Below are positions 56,601-64,000 of a stretch of DNA of 64,000 nucleotides, piece by piece. The DNA comes from the human T2T-CHM13v2.0 reference genome, Homo sapiens. The stretch lies in NCBI RefSeq assembly GCF_009914755.1, contig NC_060932.1. One strand, 5' to 3'. Within the stretch, counting starts at the first letter, position 1. The number at the start of each line of letters is the position of its first letter. Position numbers and translations under genes: made by a program. The notes under the pieces are model-generated. The model saw nothing but the letters and a program-made list of their open reading frames with translations, ran no database searches and had not been told where the DNA came from.

Positions 56601-58107
56601 GAAGAACAAGTATATTGGTGGCTTTCTAATGTTTTGTTGAAGATCTATAGTGTATAACAGTCTTTAAGGGACAATAAAGATTGATAAAACAAACAAAATC
56701 TAAAAATGCAAATGTTTATTAAAATCTAAATAATGGTGCCATTCAAAATGTTCAAATATAAGAATAATTTATATTTGTTCATGAAGCTTTTTTGTCTGCA
56801 TATGAGGGTTTTATATAATTGAAACTATTGCATAGATACAAGTTTGCATTTTTTATTTCCTCATTTGACATTAAGTTATGAGTTTCTGTTTTGGCACAAT
56901 GTTTTCTATATCTATTCTTTTTAAAGCCTGAATATTAAAATAAATAGACACACAGATTAGTAGTACAAGTAATGTTTGCCTTTAGCAACATTGCATACAA
57001 TGTAAATGTGTACATTTTACTCTCAGAAAGTAGGATCCAAATAGCATCTGAAAGACTTTTGCTAGAATGACCTTTAATTTGTTCAGAAGGAAAATCATGT
57101 TTAGAAAGATGGAACAAAGCCAAAAAAAACAAACTAGTGCTGAAAAAAGAACTGGAGGGTAACTCCATCTAGAAACCACATTGGAACCTGAGGTTGGTGA
57201 AATAACAGAGAGTGGCCAAAACAACTTTCTCCCTCATCTCAGGAGGTCTCAGGCCCTTGGAGAGGAGACAGACTGGTGTTGGCCATTGTGGTGTAGCATG
57301 CACAGTATAATATACAGCGTGACCTCAACCACACTTATTTAATAGTTACACATTTATTTTAAAGGGCATTAGAAAAATGTTACCAATATGTCACACATAT
57401 ATAATTTTAGGGACATTATTACTCAGCACAATACAAATAAAAGTGAGCTGATTTAAAGTAAATTTATAGAAAAAATATTAATCACTACTCCATTGTTAAC
57501 CTGAGTGATAAATAATAAAAGAAGTAAAAGAATGAATCAAGATTGAAAACTTTGATAATAAGTGAGTCAGGAATTCAGAACTGAATTCAGCTCTGCTGCT
57601 AGTTAGCTGCATTCACTTGGCTGATTAGTCACCCTAGGCTTCAGTTTTATTATCAATATAACACAAAAATTTTTGCTAGATGATCTCTAAGGTCCTTTCT
57701 ACCACTATGACTTAGAGAAAAATAAAAGCATTTTTGGGGAAAAGTAGTCTTTTTTTTCCTTAAAAACAACGATCTGAACGTGCTCTATGTTATTGTGCTT
57801 TGTCCAGCAGAACATTTGATTAGCTCCATTTTCTCTTGATTGTCCTGTCAACTTCTGAGAGTACTGAATGTCACAGAATCTGCAATTTCACCATTCCCTC
57901 TGCATTTAATGGATAATATTTTCAGGTTTTTACTATACTCCCAAGCCATGGCACACCATGTAATCAAATTGATGAAAAACAACCAGGAGAGAAAAAATCT
58001 AAAGTAGCTGGAGAAAAAAAAGACATGGTGCATCTAGAGAAATAAGAATAAGAATTCCACTTACTTATCAGAAACAATGCAAATCAGAAGATGATCGGAG
58101 TGAATGA

Positions 58108-58409
<302 letters not shown>

Positions 58410-58614
58410 CATGAATGGAATTTTTAAAGTGCAAAAATAAAAATAAAATGTGTATCCTAGAATTGTATTCGTCAAAAAAAGATCCTCCAAAGCCAAAGGC
58501 AAAATATATTCACAGACAAACATGGGCTGAAAGAATTTGTCACCAGCAGATCTTTACTACAAGAAATATGAAAGTTTCTCAAAATGAAGGAAAATGAAGT
58601 AAGATGAAAAATTC

Positions 58615-58895
58615 AAGAGTGTGAGTGGGGGTGGATGGGAAAACGGGAGATGCTGAGCAGAAGGTACTAGAGGAATAAGCTTTAGTATCTACTACACAGA
58701 ACAGTGAGCAGAATAAATAATAATACATTACACACTTGAAAATTGCTAAAAGAGTAGAATGTTTTCAACTCAAAAAATGGCATGTGAGGTCATAGGTTTA
58801 TTAAGTAGCTTGAGTTATTCACATTGTGATCATATATCAAAACATCACATTGTGTAAGTACATATAATATATTATTTGTCAATTAATAAAAAAAT
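58615..58895 (+). mobile_element. L1MA (MA7-9-like) 3' end
   Basis: cttgaaaattgctaaaagagtaga...tatatcaaaacatcacattgt...tttgtcaattaataaaaaaa. Confidence 0.7.
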
Positions 58896-59230
58896 TCTAT
58901 TGTTATTAAAAAATAGAATCCACCAAAAGAATTTAAAGAACTAGAAATGGTAAATATATGGGTAAAATAAATAAAGGGTTAATAATTACCTATTTTTTAA
59001 AACCTTTCATGTTCTATCTCAATTTTTAATAATTGTGACCTCAGACTAGATTAATTTTCAGTGAATAAATTGTGATTGATCTCCACACCCTACTGCTTCT
59101 TATCTAATGGGGGTTTTATGTATTTGCAATACTCTCAGCTAATTTATTTTCTAATAACTAGGTCTAGTGGTAATGTTTCACTGAGTATGAGGAAGGGGAA
59201 GATGGGTGACTTAAAGATATATCTAATTAT

Positions 59231-59541
<311 letters not shown>

Positions 59542-59733
59542 TTAGTAAGCTCCTGGCTATGTTCTTATATAATTTTTCCTATAATACAAATAGGTGGGCA
59601 TCATAACTCCATGTTAGAGATGAGAAATTAGACTCAGAAAGGTTAAGCAGTATGTCCAAGATACAGCTTCTTTGTTTCTCATTTGGTTCTTGAGTCCAAG
59701 ATTGGAAGTGGGATTGCAGTGTTGTATGATACG

Positions 59734-59825
59734 TGGAACATAGAGAATTAAGCTCCATGTAATTACTTGCTTATTTCTATGGAACCTATAGAATTATGCT
59801 CCATGTAATTATTTGCTTATTTCTA
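59734..59825 (+). repeat. 46-bp tandem duplication
   Basis: 59734-59779 vs 59780-59825, 4 mismatches. Confidence 0.9.
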
Positions 59826-60569
59826 TAATATACTGAACTCATTTAATTTCAGCTTCTTTAAAATGCCTTCATATCTGATTAAATAGATCATCCTCCTTTT
59901 TCATTCTCCATTTTCAAAATTTATTGACTATTTTATATATGTACTTTGTTTATAATCAGCTATTTTAGTTACACATGTACACACACATCAAATCTACTAG
60001 GATTTTGTTTGAAATTTTATTACATTTATTCATGTTCTTAGGACAAAATGATTTCTTTACGATAGCTTTTTTTTTTTCATACCCATAAACATAGTCTCTA
60101 TCTCTATTAATTTAGATCTTTGGATCGAAGTAGTATCAGGGGCATTTAGGAATAGGTGAATTAAATTAATCTAGGAATGGAGTCATTCTTCTGTAAGTGG
60201 AAGCATTCTGGAGGTAAAATTTCCCTTAAATGACATCTAGGCACTGATTCTGCTTTCCTTCCTGGGTTAAAATGTGGCCTAGAGAGAGTTTATTGTCAGT
60301 AAAGACTAAACACAAGTGCAGAGATGTTAGTGAAGGTGAACATTACCTTATGGCGTAAGACTGAGAGTGCAAAAATGCAAAGGTGTACCAAGGTTTCCTT
60401 TATTTTCTGAGGTCCAACAGGACTTCCTCCATGTGGAGAGAGCCATCTGCAAAGTGAGTTCTGTAGGTAACCAAGAGCCAAGGGGAAAGGTGAATTTGTG
60501 TAACTGTGGAGCCACCCCAGTTCCACTAAGTTCTGAATCCAGGCTAAATACAATTAGAACTTTAAGAAC

Positions 60570-61170
60570 TGTGAAAAATCTAAGACTTGATTTGCAAGGA
60601 ATCAAGTTAGCCTGTCACAGGTTCATATTTATATTGGCAGGAAAACAGAAACCTCTGAGTCAGAGACAAGACAGTTTATTACTAGGAGAAAGAGCAACAG
60701 CCAGACTCGCATATTAGTTTTGCTCCCTGAGCTCCAATAACCCAAGAGTGGCGTGGTGAGAGGTAAGTGATACCACATATGCAGTGGGGATTCATTATAG
60801 GAGAGGAACCCCAAGCTCTAGAAACTCTCATCTTATCAAACCTGCCCATTTTCTTCTCCTGAAAATATATATTATTTTTATCACTCTTGCATGAAGCCAA
60901 ATATCTCTGGGGAGAGGAGGAAATTATCTCTGGGTTTATTATCTTCGAATATCTCCTTGGAGAGACATCTCAATATCTCTCAAAAAGGAGCAACTCTGTT
61001 TACCTTCACTTATCCATAATGTAGTTAAGTGTGCTCCAGAAGTTTTTGTCTCTGTAATTCAAGGGCTTCCTAACTACATAAACGTGTCTGAAAAGATAGT
61101 ACTGGAACACAAGAGCTGTTAATGGTTAGATGTGTGGAAATATGATACATTCATGGGGAATTCTCTACTA
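60570..61170 (-). mobile_element. Old ERV1-type LTR (MER89/MER90-like, family uncertain)
   Basis: caagttagcctgtcacaggttcat...ctctgagtcagagacaagacagtttattact resembles recalled MER89/90-group LTR ends. Confidence 0.45.
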
Positions 61171-61649
61171 ATATAGATGATCTTTTTACTAAATAAATTC
61201 TCTCTTAAGCTGTTCTAATTTACTTTTTAACCTGTGTACTGAATATTGAATTTGTATATATGATTCTTATTTAAAAAAAAAACTTTTTATATCTTCTGTT
61301 CTTGACAAATAATTGTTTTTTTTTTTAACCCTCCTAATTTTTGCTTTGCTAATTTTCCTTTTGATTGGGCTGGGCACTTATTCTTACTGTTCATGGTTTT
61401 ATCACCTCTTGTGATTTGTTTGTTTTTCTTTTCTTTTGAAAGATAATAATGCTGCGAGTTATAGAGGTCTATCGATGCTCTCATATTTGCAGCAGACATT
61501 TTAAAGTTTCTTCAGCTCCACACTAGTTATTCCACTAAATAATTTTAGTTTTGAATTCATATATTGAAAGAGTAAATTTGGACCACACATTTATATCCAT
61601 GGTTCCAGCTTAATTTTCTATTTTTGACTGGTTTTTCTGTGACTAGCAT

Positions 61650-61900
61650 ATAGCAACTAAAAACTATTGAGAACTTATGCATAAAGTACTATGCTAAGTG
61701 CTTTGCATGTATTATCTGGCTTTGTCCTTGCTATAACCCTGAGATATATACAATTATTAAATACATTATATAGATGGAAGGGTGAGGATTGCAGAAATTA
61801 AATGTTTCCCATAATTAAAAGTTGTTTGGTGACAGAAATAAGATTCAAACCCAAGCAATGTGGCATCTGAGGCCCTACTCTTAACCTCTATGTTAAGTAT
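61650..61900 (-). mobile_element. MIR
   Basis: tactatgctaagtgctttgcatgtattatct...aagattcaaacccaagcaatgtggcatctgaggccctactcttaacc. Confidence 0.8.
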
Positions 61901-61934
61901 CTCTTGAAGAGAACAAAAAGAATGTGCAATGAGA

Positions 61935-64000
61935 CTGACATTAGCAAAACAGCAGATTGTGAGGTCCTAGTTCTTATCCCACCAAAAACCATAGTTTAAC
62001 AAGTATCTATGAAAGAAACTAGCTCTGGAAGAGCTGCGGAGTATAATTAGTGTGTTACTGCAACCCAATGGAGCACAAAAATTAAGGATGGCTTCATAGA
62101 AAAGTGTAGGAAACATTTTATCTATCTCACCTCACTCAGGCTGGCACAAGTCTGTACAAAGAAGAATCCTCTCGGGGTTCACTTCTTCCCACAGGGGAAA
62201 GGGGAACAGGAAAACCCCAGCAGCCTTCACCACCAAGGACTCCAGCAGCCCTCTCCACCACTGCAGATGCCCATGGCCAATGCAACTTAGGACCCCTACA
62301 GTCTTTGCTGACACTGACTGTAGCTGATAGAGCTGTCTGGAATCCTCATTGCTGCAACCTCCCTTTCTGGTACTAGAGCCTCTGCTGTTCCTCCCTCCCC
62401 AGGGGCTGGACCTGCCACTGTATGCACCTCTCTCGGTAACCTGACTCTCTGCAACCCTTCCTGCCACCCTTGGAACTGCACACATAGTACCTGCACCCGA
62501 TGAAATCACCAAAGAAACCCAGTATATTCTCAGTAACTGACACTGAAAAAGGCATAATTGTAGGCTGCCTGAAAAAAAAAAATCAAAAGTATTGTTTTTT
62601 GAAGAAGTTTAAGGAGAGCTTGAACCCTCAACAAAATCAGAAAAAACAATACATGAAAAAAATAGGAATCCAACAGAGTTGGATTTTAGTCATTAACCTT
62701 AGAGCAGTTCTTCGTTTATAATAAATGAATAGCAACACCATTTCTATCTCATAGCACCTAACAACAAAAGACTATACATTTTTCTGAAATGCACATGGAG
62801 CATTCACCTGGATAGACCACATGTTGCACTGTAAAACAAGTCTTAAAAAATTTAAGGTGGTCATTCCAAGTATCTTTTCTGACCACAAGGGAATAAAATA
62901 AAAAATCAATGACAAAGAAAATAGGAAAATGTACAGATACATGGAAACTAAACCACACACTCTTGAAGTACTGCAGCAGAAGCAGTACTAAGAAGACAGT
63001 TTATAGCAATAAACACCTAGATTAAGAAAGAAGAAAGTTCTCAAATAAAAAACTTTACACCTCAAGGAAGTAAAAATAGAAAAAAGCTAAGCCCAAAGTT
63101 AACAGAAGGAAGAAAATAATTAAAAATAAAGGCAGAAATAAATTTGAGAATTTTTTAAATAGAAAAAAATGAACAAAAATAAGAATTAACTTTTGATAAG
63201 ATAAAATCAATAAACTCAGGCTAGAATAACTAAGAAAAAAATAGAGACAACTTAAATAAATAAAATTAGAAATGAAAGAGGAGACATCATAACAGATACC
63301 TCAGATATTTAAAAATCATAAGGAACTATAATTGAAAACTGTATGCCAAGAACATGTTAAAATAGATAAATCTATTTTATCTATTTTAAAATAGATTTTA
63401 AATAGATTTATTTAATCTATTTAACAAGACTGAGTCATGAAAAAATAGAAAATATGAACAGACCAATAATGGGTACGGAGATTGATCAATCATCAAAAAT
63501 CCTCCTGCAAAGAAAGGCCTAGGACCAGATGGCCTTACAGGTGAGTTCTACCAAACATTGAAAGAAGAATTAATAACAATTCTTCTTAAACTCTCCCCAA
63601 AAAAATGGAAGAGAAAACATTTCTGAAGTAATTTTGAGGCCAGAATTACCTCGATAACAAAGCCATGCAAAGATACCACAAGAAAACAAAACTATAGACC
63701 AATATATCAGATGAATATACATTTTTAAATTCTCAATAAAAATAATGGTACGCTGAATTCAACAGCACATTTAAATAATCATACACCATGGCCAAGTGGA
63801 ATTGACTCCTGTGATGCAAATACTGTTCAAGATATGCAAATCAATCAATGTGAAACACCACATTAATTGAAAGAAAAAAATTCACATTATCATCTCAATA
63901 GGTGCAGAAAAAACAGTTCCTTTCATGATAACAACTCTCAGAAATAGGTATAAAAGGAACACCTCAACACAAGAAAAGCTGCATGTGAAAAACCCATAGC
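61935..64000 (+). mobile_element. Old L1M (L1MA/L1M3-like): 5' region plus ORF2 fragment, running off the window end
   Basis: ORF2 motifs from ~62760 (cattcacctggatagaccacatg, tctgaccacaagggaataaa, ggaccagatggccttacaggtgagttctacc, agaccaatatatcagatgaa); most of ORF1 is deleted. Confidence 0.8.

Overview
Primate, almost certainly human, non-coding genomic DNA dominated by transposable elements. I see no protein-coding host gene, RNA gene or CRISPR array. The main elements are: (1) a 5.7-kb HERV-H provirus (1144-6818; CTACC target-site duplication, His-tRNA primer-binding site, decayed gag/pro/pol) with two unusually discordant LTR7s and an open ESRG-like leader ORF; (2) a 5'-inverted (twin-primed) L1PA4/5-like element; (3) old L1M elements; (4) a full-length Hsmar1 mariner; (5) solo LTRs, including THE1, MST/MLT1, HERV-W LTR17 carrying four tandem YY1 motifs, and MER9; (6) an internally scrambled L1PA15/16-like element; (7) several Alus plus L2/MIR relics. 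Almost all recognisable ORFs in the track are TE remnants, and the rest look like chance ORFs. The sequence does not support a wholly new biological system. The best leads are regulatory (HERV-H promoter and splice donor, YY1 array) and mechanistic (L1 rearrangements, repair scars). Family assignments come from recalled consensus sequences, not a database search, so subfamily labels need RepeatMasker/Dfam confirmation.
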